DNA from: Candidatus Pacearchaeota archaeon CG10_big_fil_rev_8_21_14_0_10_34_76
GTDB taxonomy: Archaea > Nanobdellota > Nanobdellia > Pacearchaeales > GW2011-AR1
Assembly (NCBI GenBank): GCA_002763075.1
Contig: PFDB01000015.1
Span: 5,747 to 69,746 of the forward strand
DNA: 64,000 nucleotides
Direction of reading: 5' to 3'
Shown here: positions 44,470 to 53,558 of the stretch, piece after piece
How the letters are laid out: every line of letters begins with the position of its first letter
How positions within the stretch are numbered: position 1 is the first letter of the stretch
Program-made: the position numbers and the translations under genes
The notes under the pieces: model-generated
The model's database searches: none
What the model saw: only the letters and a program-made list of their open reading frames with translations
What the model was told of the DNA's origin: nothing

Positions 44470-46515
44470 TTATACAACGTTACAGATTCCATGTTCTTTC
44501 TTAAGACGTATTACATTATCAACGAAACCTTCTATTTTTTGCTCGTGACTGACTATGATAAGTTGGTCTGCGCTTAGCTCCTGAAGAACGTCCCTAACTT
44601 TATTGAGCTGTTGGTCTGAAAATCCGTCTGTTGGTTCATCAAGAATGACGAGGCTTTTTGTCTTTATCTGGCTGAAGACTGAGTTTATTGTCTCATTTAA
44701 TGCGAGACGATATGCAAGCGCTATAGCAGTTCTTTCTCCGCCTGAGAGAAAAGAATAATCCAGCTCGAATTCTCCTTGCATTATTACTGGAGTGAAATTC
44801 TCGTCGAGACTGACATAGAAAGAATCTGCTGCCAACATCTCAAACCATTTATTAAAAAGTCTTGAGAATTCCTGTCTTAGTTTGAATAGGATATTTTTTT
44901 CTGTGAATGCAAGAAGAGCGCTAAAATCTCCAGATATCCATGACTCTAAATCCAGAAGTGAGTGAAGCTCTTTTGTGAGGTGTTCTTTTTCAGAGATTTT
45001 TTTTGATATTCTCTCGTTTTCTAAGGATATCATCTCATGCTCCTTTTTTGTGCTAGCTATCTCTATCTCAACTATCTTCTCATCCTTATATGCAGACTTT
45101 AAATCCTCCTCTTTTTTTCTGTACATAGAATCAAATTTTGAAAACTCAAATGCAGAAGATTTTAAAGAATTTAAATGACCTTCAAGAAATTCTATATCTT
45201 CCCTCATTGAAGATATCTTTTTTTCTACGTCTTCAGCATTCTTTTTGAATTTCTCCATTTCTTCTAGTCTTGCGCGGTTTATCTCTAGAAGAGATTTTCT
45301 TTTTTCAGAATAATCCAAATTTGATTCAAGGGAGTTTTTTTCAACAGATATTTTTTGCAATTGCAACTGGCACTCGTTTATTATCTTATTTGCACTTGAA
45401 ATTGACTTTTCTGTATCATTTATTATATTATGCTTATGAACTTCTGAAACATCTTGGAGACAAGTCGGACAAAAATCAATCTTAAAGACCCTGTCCTTTT
45501 TCTCCAAGTCTTCTTTAATTTTAAGATTTATAGAATTAAGTTTCGACTGATAGTGTATCTCTTCATTTTTTAGATTTTCAATTGCAGTTTTTTTTAGAAT
45601 GATATTTTGAATTGTTTCTTCAAGCTCTTCCTTATTGAATTCGAGAACATTTTCAGATAATCTTTTTTTAAGATTTTCTGATTCTTCTTCAAGATCCGCC
45701 AATTGGGATCTTTTGTTTGATTTAAGTATATTTGTTTTCTCTATCTCTTTTTCAAATCTTTCTTTTTCTTTTATCTTGTTCTCTAATCCAAGTAATTCTG
45801 ATTCTATACTTTTTCGTAGAAGTATTTTTTCTGAGAGTTCTATAAATCTTTTCTCTATTATTGATTCAAGCTCTAGGATTTTTGCATTTTTTACCTCGAG
45901 ATCAGAGCGATATTCTTCCAAATTATCTATGTTTGCCTTAAGAAATCTTATTTTTTCTTTCAGTCTTGAAGAGACTATATCTGCATTTTCCTTTATTCTT
46001 TTATATTTGTCTATTCCAAATATATGTCTTAACACATTTAATCTTGTTTCGGGATCATCCAGGATTATTTGCTTCATCTCTTCCTGAGGAGAGTATACAG
46101 TATACTTGTAAAGAAGATTTGTTTTTTTTACAAATTCGGCAGGATAGTTTAGAAGCTTTAGAATTTTTGTCTTTAACTCTGTGACTGACATCTCTGAAGT
46201 CTGACCATCCAAGGTTATTGAAGAATAATCCTGGCTCACTGTCTTTTTCCCCATTTTTAACCCTCTTTCAATAATTACTGTAACATCATCTATTTCAAGC
46301 TCTAATGTAACTCTTGCTGAGTCTTCTCCATTCCTAAGTAATGATGAACCTCTTTGGCCAGGTTGTAAGCCAAAAAGTGCAAATTCTATTGCAAGAAGAA
46401 TAGATGTCTTCCCTGCACCTATATCTCCTGCAAGAATTATTGACCCTGGAGAGAAAATTATCTCTTGATTCTTATAACTTCTTATATTTTTCAAGACAAG
46501 TTTTTTTAATATCAT
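44470..46515 (-). CDS. rad50: DNA double-strand break repair ATPase Rad50 (short coiled coil)
   Basis: Walker A GDIGAGKTSILLAIEFALFG, zinc hook CPTC (DFCPTCLQD), signature LSGGERTAIALAYRLAL, Walker B LVILDEPTDGFS. Confidence 0.92.
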   Translation of the reverse strand: MILKKLVLKNIRSYKNQEIIFSPGSIILAGDIGAGKTSILLAIEFALFGLQPGQRGSSLLRNGEDSARVTLELEIDDVTVIIERGLKMGKKTVSQDYSSITLDGQTSEMSVTELKTKILKLLNYPAEFVKKTNLLYKYTVYSPQEEMKQIILDDPETRLNVLRHIFGIDKYKRIKENADIVSSRLKEKIRFLKANIDNLEEYRSDLEVKNAKILELESIIEKRFIELSEKILLRKSIESELLGLENKIKEKERFEKEIEKTNILKSNKRSQLADLEEESENLKKRLSENVLEFNKEELEETIQNIILKKTAIENLKNEEIHYQSKLNSINLKIKEDLEKKDRVFKIDFCPTCLQDVSEVHKHNIINDTEKSISSANKIINECQLQLQKISVEKNSLESNLDYSEKRKSLLEINRARLEEMEKFKKNAEDVEKKISSMREDIEFLEGHLNSLKSSAFEFSKFDSMYRKKEEDLKSAYKDEKIVEIEIASTKKEHEMISLENERISKKISEKEHLTKELHSLLDLESWISGDFSALLAFTEKNILFKLRQEFSRLFNKWFEMLAADSFYVSLDENFTPVIMQGEFELDYSFLSGGERTAIALAYRLALNETINSVFSQIKTKSLVILDEPTDGFSDQQLNKVRDVLQELSADQLIIVSHEQKIEGFVDNVIRLKKEHGICNVV

Positions 46516-47663
46516 TTTATTGAAAACACTTTTGAGAACTCTTCGAATACACGGCTCTCAAATATTCTGCTAACTTCTCCCTCCTTTTTATCTACATTCA
46601 GTGCATGAAATAATTGCCCTACATGAGTATTGAAACTGCTTTCATGCTCTTCCTGAAACTTTTTTATTATGTCTTCTTCTATGCTATCTGGATTAACTGT
46701 AAAATTAAATTCTGGCTCATCTGCATATAATTTAGTGGTAGACTTAAGGAAAACATACGCCCCTGAATCTCTTACAAATTTTTCAATCTCATTGAATTTT
46801 ATATCTGTTTTTTTCCCAGATTCGAGAACTCCGCTAATCTTTAATATTATTATTTTATCCTTGAGATCCTTATCTTTTAATGAAACCAGTATATCTGCTG
46901 TTGCAGTGAATGCATTTGTTATTTTTTTTTCCACTATGAGTACATCTTTTAATTTTATGGATATTTTTTTGGGTTTACTTTTTGTGTCTACAATATAAAA
47001 AGAGCCTCCCTGCAATTCCTCTAATTCATTAGAATTGTTTGGAAATGTTGGTCCGCAATAGACTCTTGAATTTTTATTATAATCTATATGCAAATGGGCA
47101 AGAGCCAAATAATCAACCTTTGGAAGATTGTCTTGATCTACTGCTGAAATTGGCAAAGTCCCAACTGCATCCCTTATTGCTGTGTGAAGCATAAGTATTT
47201 TAAAAAATCCCGGAGATTCCTGAAGTTTAATGCGAGATATTTCTTCTACTTCCATCCCAGATTTTTTTCCAGGGTATCCATAAATTGCGGCCCCATTGTA
47301 TAAAATTGGAGAGAGAATTATTGAACCGTTCCTTTCTTCTGGCTGATGGGCGTTTTTAGCAAACCCTGCTTTTTCTAGTACCTCAAGAAAAGTTTTTCCT
47401 GATGCAGAGTAATCGTGGCTTCCTGCAATCAAAAAAACAGGTATGTTTGCGTCTTTTAATTTCCTAAACTGTTCAAACGCATCTTTTATTGTGTCTATTG
47501 GAGGATAAGCAGTATCAAACAAATCTCCTGCTATAAGAACAAAGTCTACTTTCTCTTTTATACTTGTATTTACAGCTGAGGCAAAGCTCTGCATTGTGAG
47601 TGTGGCTAGTTCTGGATGGCGCCATCCCCCAAGATGACAATCTCCCATGTGCGCAAATCTCAT
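46512..47663 (-). CDS. mre11: DNA double-strand break repair nuclease Mre11
   Basis: Phosphoesterase motifs MRFAHMGDCHLG, IAGDLFD, AGSHD, MLHT, LAHLH. ATGA overlap with rad50. Track start 47669 is TTG; ATG at 47663 is preceded by AGGAGGT. Confidence 0.9.
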   Translation of the reverse strand: MRFAHMGDCHLGGWRHPELATLTMQSFASAVNTSIKEKVDFVLIAGDLFDTAYPPIDTIKDAFEQFRKLKDANIPVFLIAGSHDYSASGKTFLEVLEKAGFAKNAHQPEERNGSIILSPILYNGAAIYGYPGKKSGMEVEEISRIKLQESPGFFKILMLHTAIRDAVGTLPISAVDQDNLPKVDYLALAHLHIDYNKNSRVYCGPTFPNNSNELEELQGGSFYIVDTKSKPKKISIKLKDVLIVEKKITNAFTATADILVSLKDKDLKDKIIILKISGVLESGKKTDIKFNEIEKFVRDSGAYVFLKSTTKLYADEPEFNFTVNPDSIEEDIIKKFQEEHESSFNTHVGQLFHALNVDKKEGEVSRIFESRVFEEFSKVFSIK

Positions 47664-47670
47664 CAGCAAA

Positions 47671-47689
47671 GACCTCCTGTAAGGAGACC
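47671..47689 (-). promoter_or_regulatory. Hairpin in the mre11 leader that includes the Shine-Dalgarno-like AGGAGGU
   Basis: Minus-strand RNA GGUCUCC-UUACA-GGAGGUC forms a 7-bp stem including two G.U pairs. Its 3' arm is the SD-like sequence 7-8 nt before the ATG. Confidence 0.3.
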
Positions 47690-47790
47690 AAGGTTTCCCC
47701 TACGACCCCATCCCTTAGGGTACAGCATCCATTTTTTCATATAAAAACTCCTTGACTGGGAGTATTTATTGATTGTTGTAATCTGCGTAA

Positions 47791-48315
47791 TTAATTGATT
47801 TCCCAGACTTCTAAGAGTTCCATAAATAATTTCTTTTTTGAGAGAGCATTTTTTCTTAAATTGAGTTTATTTAGGAGAGAAGCTATTCTTTTTCTTGGAG
47901 TAAGGGATGAAATTAGGATGATTATTGAACCATTTTTATTTAAGTAGTTTGGAACCTGCTGAAAAAATTTAAGATATATCTCGTCCCCTTTTTCCCCTCC
48001 TGTTGTTGCAAGAGAGCTTTCATTGTCTTCTCTTGGGTCTCGGGGAAGATAGGGAGGGTTGAATACTATGAGATCAAATTTCTCAGAGATGTTTGAGAAA
48101 AGATCTGATTTTATTGTATTGAGACCTTTTTTCTTAAGAAAATTTATTGATTCCTCGTCTATGTCTGATGCAATGACAGATTTTGCTCCAGATTCTTTTG
48201 CTGTTAATGCCTGTATGCCTGAGCCTGAACCCATATCTAAAACTTTTTTATCTTTTGATTTTTTTCTTACCTGTTCCTGTAAGAGATATGAATCATCAGA
48301 AGGATTATAGATCAT
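47791..48315 (-). CDS. HemK/Mtq2-like N5-glutamine (release factor) methyltransferase
   Basis: YNPSDDSYLL N-terminus, SAM motif VLDMGSGSGIQAL, catalytic NPPY (IVFNPPYLP). Confidence 0.8.
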   Translation of the reverse strand: MIYNPSDDSYLLQEQVRKKSKDKKVLDMGSGSGIQALTAKESGAKSVIASDIDEESINFLKKKGLNTIKSDLFSNISEKFDLIVFNPPYLPRDPREDNESSLATTGGEKGDEIYLKFFQQVPNYLNKNGSIIILISSLTPRKRIASLLNKLNLRKNALSKKKLFMELLEVWEIN

Positions 48316-48734
48316 GTTCCGATTATGCTCTTTAATGCACTAACTACTTTATCTTGAAATATTAAAGAAAATACAAATACTCCAATTAATAAAAACAATA
48401 ATATTGATAAAAATGCTGCTAGTCCTAAGCCCTTTTTCTTAGGTTTTTTGAGAATTATATTCGGCTGAGCTGGAGGAGATTTTGAATCTAAGGGTTTTAC
48501 AAATGCATCTTGTTTTATTTGAGTGTTATTTAATTTAGCATTTTTGGCAGGATCTGTTTGAGGATTGACTTGCATCTCTGGAGTCTTTGTTATGATTCCA
48601 ACATTGACTTCCCTAGCAGCATCTCTGACTTCTTTTTCAGAATATCCTGCATTGATAAAACTTTGAATAGCAATGTCTAGAGGTATTCCTCTTTCTAGGG
48701 CATTCCTTATGCCTCCCATTATATCCTCTTTCAT
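48312..48734 (-). CDS. Hypothetical membrane-anchored protein
   Basis: N-terminal helical region (GIPLDIAIQSFINAGYSEKEVRDAAREV) and a C-terminal TM helix. Overlaps both neighbours by 4 nt. Confidence 0.55.
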   Translation of the reverse strand: MKEDIMGGIRNALERGIPLDIAIQSFINAGYSEKEVRDAAREVNVGIITKTPEMQVNPQTDPAKNAKLNNTQIKQDAFVKPLDSKSPPAQPNIILKKPKKKGLGLAAFLSILLFLLIGVFVFSLIFQDKVVSALKSIIGT

Positions 48735-50068
48735 TTTAATACTAGGTTTTTTCCATTTTCCATTATATGGACGTTGTAGTTTTTCTTGTACCCCATCTCA
48801 ACTGCAAGATCCAGTCCTGCCTTTAATTTTGGAAAGTCTCCATGTGATGGAATGACATGTTCTGGATTTGTCAACTTAATCAGGTCCCTAAGGTCCTCTC
48901 TACCTCCATGTCCTGAAACATGCACATTGTCAAAAATTCTCACCTGGTTTTTCTTCAACCGCTTTTCTAGTTCTGCCCTATTTGCTTCATTGACTGCAAC
49001 GGGTATAGTTTTTGAAGAAAATATTATATGATCATCAGGAGAGAGTTCATAATTTAGTTGTTTTCGTGAGATTCTATCCAGGATAGATCCGGGTTCTCCT
49101 TGATGGCCTGTGCAAACAATAAGGAAATCTTTTTTTCTTTTATTTACTCTTTTTAATATTCTGTCTAACTGATTCCTATAAGTTGCAATTGTCACATCCT
49201 TAAGAAAGGGGGCTTTTCCAACCTTATCTGCAGCCATTGAATATTTATTGAGGCTTCTTCCAAGAAATACAATCTCCCTATTTAATCTGTTTCCAAAGTC
49301 TACTATAGATTTAAGCCTAGCTATGTGAGATGAGAATGTTGTAATAACTATCCCGGAATTTGCATTATCAGTTGTAAATAATACGTCTTCTAACAATCCT
49401 CTAGCTATTTTTTCTGAAGGGGTTTTTCTATCATCTGGGGCATAGAGGCAGTCAACTACTAAGGCCTTTATCCCTATCTTTGACAATTCTTTTAATCTTT
49501 TATAATTCGGCTTGTCCCCTAAAACTGGAGCGTTATCAAATTTGTAATCATTTGCATATAAAATAACTCCATCAGGAGTATGGACTGCAATCATTGCGGA
49601 TTGGATTGTTGAATGAGTTATATTAACAAACTCTACCTTGTAATTTTTCTTTCCCTTGACGGTATAAGAACCATTTGGATTGACAGATATTATCTTATTG
49701 TTTATAGATTGATTATTATCTTTCATTAAGCTTCTTAGAACTTCCATTGTGAATGGAGTTCCTAAAACTGGAGCATCATATTTAGGTACGACATATTGCA
49801 CTCCTCCTACATGGTCTAGATGAGCATGAGAGATCATGAAAGATCTCACCTTACTTTGGAGGCCCTTTGATTGAAGATATAAGTCGTTGGGAAGTGCGCC
49901 AAGAGACCTCATTCCTTTCTCTGTAGGAATTTTTTCTCTTTCTTGTACTCCAACTATTGCTGGAAGATAGAAACCTGCATCAAAAACAAGCACGTCATCA
50001 CCTGTTTCCAAGGCAGTCATGTTCTTCCCAACCTCATTGTAACCACCTATTGTATGTAACTTAATCAT
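48731..50068 (-). CDS. rnj: Ribonuclease J (archaeal beta-CASP metallo-beta-lactamase)
   Basis: IGGYNEVGKNMTA N-terminus, HxHxDH (ISHAHLDHVGG). About 445 aa with no KH domains. Confidence 0.85.
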   Translation of the reverse strand: MIKLHTIGGYNEVGKNMTALETGDDVLVFDAGFYLPAIVGVQEREKIPTEKGMRSLGALPNDLYLQSKGLQSKVRSFMISHAHLDHVGGVQYVVPKYDAPVLGTPFTMEVLRSLMKDNNQSINNKIISVNPNGSYTVKGKKNYKVEFVNITHSTIQSAMIAVHTPDGVILYANDYKFDNAPVLGDKPNYKRLKELSKIGIKALVVDCLYAPDDRKTPSEKIARGLLEDVLFTTDNANSGIVITTFSSHIARLKSIVDFGNRLNREIVFLGRSLNKYSMAADKVGKAPFLKDVTIATYRNQLDRILKRVNKRKKDFLIVCTGHQGEPGSILDRISRKQLNYELSPDDHIIFSSKTIPVAVNEANRAELEKRLKKNQVRIFDNVHVSGHGGREDLRDLIKLTNPEHVIPSHGDFPKLKAGLDLAVEMGYKKNYNVHIMENGKNLVLK

Positions 50069-50139
50069 GAAAGATGAAAGTTTTGAGGGTTTTTATAGTT
50101 TTCAGCAAATTATAAAAACAAGTTTTTACTTGCATAAGG

Positions 50140-50982
50140 ATGAACCATCATGTTAAGCATTTAAAGAGGCATAGAAATGTTCTTTATGGGATAGTTGTTG
50201 TACTTTTAATCTTACAGATCATGACTTTTGTCTTTAACAGTTCGCAAACTGGTAAAATAATTTCTCAACAAGATAGTTTGAGGAATGATCTCGATTCTAA
50301 TGTGGATGAAATCAAGATAGAGTCACAGTCCAATTTAGAAGAACTTATTAAAATTATATCTCAGCAAAAAACTGATTTTCAGAGCGAGATTAATTTATTA
50401 AAGGCGAGTCAGGCAGATTTTTCAGGGATAATTGATCAGATGGTAAGGGGTGTTGTGAACATAAGAACTGAAAAATCTGTAGGTACTGGATTTATTGTAA
50501 GTCCTTCAGGGTATATCATAACAAATCACCATGTTATAGATGGTTCAAACATTTTGAGAGTATCTACATTTTCAGGAGATGAATATGTGGCTAGTGTTGT
50601 TGGGGTAGATCCATTGAATGATCTTGCGTTATTAAAAATTCCTGGATTGTTTGATTTCTTGGAATTTGCAGACTCTTCAAATATCCAAACTGGTGAAAAA
50701 GTTATAGCAATAGGAAATCCACTTGGCCTTTCGTTTACTGTAACTGAGGGCATTGTTTCTGCAGTCAATAGAGAAGGCCCTAATGGCCTTGATTCATATA
50801 TCCAGACAGATGTTACACTTAATCCTGGAAACTCGGGAGGTCCTTTGATAAATAAGGAGGGTAAGGTCATTGGAGTCAACAATTTTAAGATAGGTGGGGC
50901 AGAAAGTCTTGGATTTGCTCTTGAAAGTAATGTAGTAAAAACTAAAATTGAAGAATTTTTGGCTCAGCAGGTAATCTCATAA
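50140..50982 (+). CDS. HtrA/DegP-like trypsin-fold serine protease (no PDZ), membrane anchored
   Basis: N-terminal TM. Catalytic His (IITNHHVI), Asp (NDLALLKI), Ser (GNSGGPLIN). Confidence 0.88.
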   Translation: MNHHVKHLKRHRNVLYGIVVVLLILQIMTFVFNSSQTGKIISQQDSLRNDLDSNVDEIKIESQSNLEELIKIISQQKTDFQSEINLLKASQADFSGIIDQMVRGVVNIRTEKSVGTGFIVSPSGYIITNHHVIDGSNILRVSTFSGDEYVASVVGVDPLNDLALLKIPGLFDFLEFADSSNIQTGEKVIAIGNPLGLSFTVTEGIVSAVNREGPNGLDSYIQTDVTLNPGNSGGPLINKEGKVIGVNNFKIGGAESLGFALESNVVKTKIEEFLAQQVIS

Positions 50983-50983
50983 T

Positions 50984-51253
50984 ATGCTAAAAACAAAACC
51001 ATCTGCAAGAATAAAAAGAAGATACATTCTTTTGCAAGGAAAAAAAGATTCCATAGAAAAATCTATCATCGATTATGTTGGGATTCTTGGATGGGCTAAA
51101 GCAGCACCCGTGTTTGTTAAGAATAGAAAAAACCAGACAATACTTGCAGTAAATAGGGAGGAGATTGATAAAGTAATTGGATCTTTCGCGGTCTTTGCTG
51201 ATGAAATCAAAGTATTGAGAGTTTCAGGAACATTAAAAGGCTTGGAGAAATGA
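50984..51253 (+). CDS. RNase P protein component Pop5 (Rnp2), short form
   Basis: IKRRYILLQ N-terminal motif and VSGTLKGL C-terminal motif. Its position beside psmA/SBDS/rrp genes matches the archaeal exosome superoperon. Confidence 0.7.
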   Translation: MLKTKPSARIKRRYILLQGKKDSIEKSIIDYVGILGWAKAAPVFVKNRKNQTILAVNREEIDKVIGSFAVFADEIKVLRVSGTLKGLEK

Positions 51254-51630
51254 AAAGAAATTTCTGGACTATGTCTATTGCAATAATCTTGTTGTTCATT
51301 ATTGGAATTTACATCTCTCCTAAAACTCCTATTGTGTGCACTGCAGATGCTAAAATATGTCCAGATGGAAGCAGTATTGTGAGGAATCCAAACCTTAATT
51401 GTGAATTTGATCCATGTCCTGAAATCGAAGACAAGAATTACTGCAATCCGGAAAGCCGAAATGTACAGGCATGCGATGAAATGTATGCGCCAGTCTGTGG
51501 ATGGTTTAAGGGAGAAGAAATCCAATGTATCAAATATCCTTGTGCTCAAACTTATAGTAATGGTTGTGGGGCATGCCTTGATAGAAATGTCGATTATTGG
51601 ACAGATGGAATTTGTCCGGACGAAGCGTAA
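51250..51630 (+). CDS. Small secreted Cys-rich protein with Kazal-like protease-inhibitor motif
   Basis: N-terminal TM or signal. C-x7-C (ACDEMYAPVCG), TYSNGC-GA-C, and a terminal GIC. Confidence 0.6.
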   Translation: MKRNFWTMSIAIILLFIIGIYISPKTPIVCTADAKICPDGSSIVRNPNLNCEFDPCPEIEDKNYCNPESRNVQACDEMYAPVCGWFKGEEIQCIKYPCAQTYSNGCGACLDRNVDYWTDGICPDEA

Positions 51631-51691
51631 ACCTTAAAAACCTCACAATGCAAGGGTTTATATCTAAAAAGGAGTTTTAAGAAATATTAAC

Positions 51692-52417
51692 ATGGACATT
51701 CCTATGGAAATGCAGCATCAGGCAATGGGTTACGACAGAGTTGCAACTATGTTTTCTCCAGATGGGCATCTATTGCAGGTTGAATATGCAGAAAAAACAG
51801 TGAGATTAGGAAGCAGCAGTATCGGAATGGTGTGTAAGGATGGAGTTGTACTTGTGGCAGATAAAAGAATAAGGGACAACCTTATATCCTCTGAATCTGC
51901 AAATAAAGTTTTTGAAATAGATTCTCATGTTATGGCCAGCGCGGCTGGAATGTTATCTGATGCTAGGATTCTTATTGATAATGCTCAGGTATTGGCGCAG
52001 CAGAATAGGGTCACATATGATTCTCCAATTGAGCCAATTAGCGTCATAAGAATGATTGCAGATAAAAAACAAATGTCCACACAATACGGGGGATTAAGAT
52101 TGTTTGGAGTAGGATTAATGGTAGCTGGAGTTAATAAGGGAAAAGCAAGTTTATACACCTCTGATGTTACTGGAAATTATTTTGCTTATAGGGCAAATGC
52201 AATTGGAGAAAATGATGAACAAATTAAGGAATCATTGAGAACTGAATTCCAAGATGAAATGAACATAGAAGATGGAATAAAACTTGCTATGAAAATATTC
52301 AAAAAAATACTTGGAAAGAATTTTGAGATTGATAGGTTTGATGTGGGTTATATAAAAAGTCAAGATCAGAAGATAGTTAGAGTACAGGGCGACAACCTGA
52401 AAAAATATGCTAAATAA
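51692..52417 (+). CDS. psmA: Proteasome subunit alpha
   Basis: YDRVATMFSPDGHLLQVEYA signature. Confidence 0.93.
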   Translation: MDIPMEMQHQAMGYDRVATMFSPDGHLLQVEYAEKTVRLGSSSIGMVCKDGVVLVADKRIRDNLISSESANKVFEIDSHVMASAAGMLSDARILIDNAQVLAQQNRVTYDSPIEPISVIRMIADKKQMSTQYGGLRLFGVGLMVAGVNKGKASLYTSDVTGNYFAYRANAIGENDEQIKESLRTEFQDEMNIEDGIKLAMKIFKKILGKNFEIDRFDVGYIKSQDQKIVRVQGDNLKKYAK

Positions 52418-52458
52418 TTCTCTATTAATTATAAACACTAGTTGGGGTTGCTGAATTT

Positions 52459-53517
52459 ATGAAAGAAAGATTTGAAAGGTATAAGAAGCTCATAATAAGT
52501 GAGCTTGAAGATTTTTTTTCGGAAAAATATACTGGCAATAATAGTATCAATGAATGGGGTCCTGATTTAGCAGCACGATTAAAAGACTTCGTTTCTACTG
52601 GAAAAATGATAAGAGGATGTTTTGTATTGGCCTCATATGATATGTTCAAAGGACGAATTGATTCTGAAGCAATAAAGGTTGCAAGTGCTATCGAACTTCT
52701 TCATTCTGCTTTGCTCATCCATGATGATGTAATTGACAAGGACGAATTGAGAAGAGGCAAAAAAACAATCTTTTCACAATATGAGGATATAGGAAAAAAG
52801 GAAGTATTTCCAGAGTCAAGACATTTTGGATACAGCATGGCAATTTGTGCAGGAGATATATGCATAGCGCATGTTTTTGGGATATTAGGAAATTTGAATG
52901 TTGAGAGTGATAAGAAAAAAAGAGTGATAAGTCTTTTCTCTGATGGACTTGATTGGACTGGTCTTGCTGAAATGGACGATGTTTATCTGGGATTTACAAA
53001 GAAGGATCCTGAAGAAGAAAGGATAATGAATGTTTATCAGTATAAAACTGCAAAATACACCTATTCTGTGCCGATGATGGCTGGGGCTATTTTAGCTGGA
53101 GCAGATGATGAGACAATAAACCTTATTGATGAACTTGGTGGAAAAATTGGAATAATATTTCAAATAAAAGATGACGAACTTGGAATATTTGGAGATGAAG
53201 AGGAAATAGGAAAGCCTGTTGGATCAGATATTGCTGAGAACAAGAAAACTCTGTTTAGACTTCTTCTATTTGAAAGTGCTTCTGATAAAGAAAAAGAGGA
53301 ACTGGAGAATATTTTTGGAAAAAAAGAGATTGGTAAAGAAGAAGTGAATTATGTTAGAGGACTTATTGAGAAGAATAAAATTTTAGATGAGACCTCTAGA
53401 AGAATTGATTCTCTTGATGCAGATGCAAAGAGGATACTTCATGAACTTAAGATAGATAAAGAATCAAAGGATTTCTTTAGGGAATTCATGGATTATAATA
53501 TCCATAGGAAAAAGTAA
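52459..53517 (+). CDS. Polyprenyl (geranylgeranyl) diphosphate synthase family
   Basis: First Asp-rich motif LIHDDVIDKDELRRGK. The second motif region FQIKDDELGIFGD reads DDELG rather than the canonical DDxxD. Confidence 0.8.
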   Translation: MKERFERYKKLIISELEDFFSEKYTGNNSINEWGPDLAARLKDFVSTGKMIRGCFVLASYDMFKGRIDSEAIKVASAIELLHSALLIHDDVIDKDELRRGKKTIFSQYEDIGKKEVFPESRHFGYSMAICAGDICIAHVFGILGNLNVESDKKKRVISLFSDGLDWTGLAEMDDVYLGFTKKDPEEERIMNVYQYKTAKYTYSVPMMAGAILAGADDETINLIDELGGKIGIIFQIKDDELGIFGDEEEIGKPVGSDIAENKKTLFRLLLFESASDKEKEELENIFGKKEIGKEEVNYVRGLIEKNKILDETSRRIDSLDADAKRILHELKIDKESKDFFREFMDYNIHRKK

Positions 53518-53558
53518 TTTGACATTAAATTTATAAAATCATTATTGTTGAGTAAAAC

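Noticed and set aside
45635-46087. 150-aa plus-strand ORF, and others at 44975, 45270 and 45966.
   Set aside because: They are antisense to the rad50 coiled-coil region. The Ser/Phe/Leu-rich shadow of a Lys/Glu-rich frame is typical of antisense ORFs in AT-rich genes.
47690-47735. GGGGTCGTAGGGGAAACC / CCCTAAGGG segment considered as a tRNA 3'-half remnant (possible integration att site).
   Set aside because: There is no TTCRANY T-loop, no acceptor-stem complement and no integrase nearby. It is better explained as part of the structured mre11 leader.
50069-50139. The strand switch (minus-strand block 39-50 kb, plus-strand block 50-58.7 kb) considered as a replication origin.
   Set aside because: The intergenic region is only ~70 bp. 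It has no ORB-like repeated elements and no adjacent cdc6/orc1 gene, and it looks like a simple divergent promoter.
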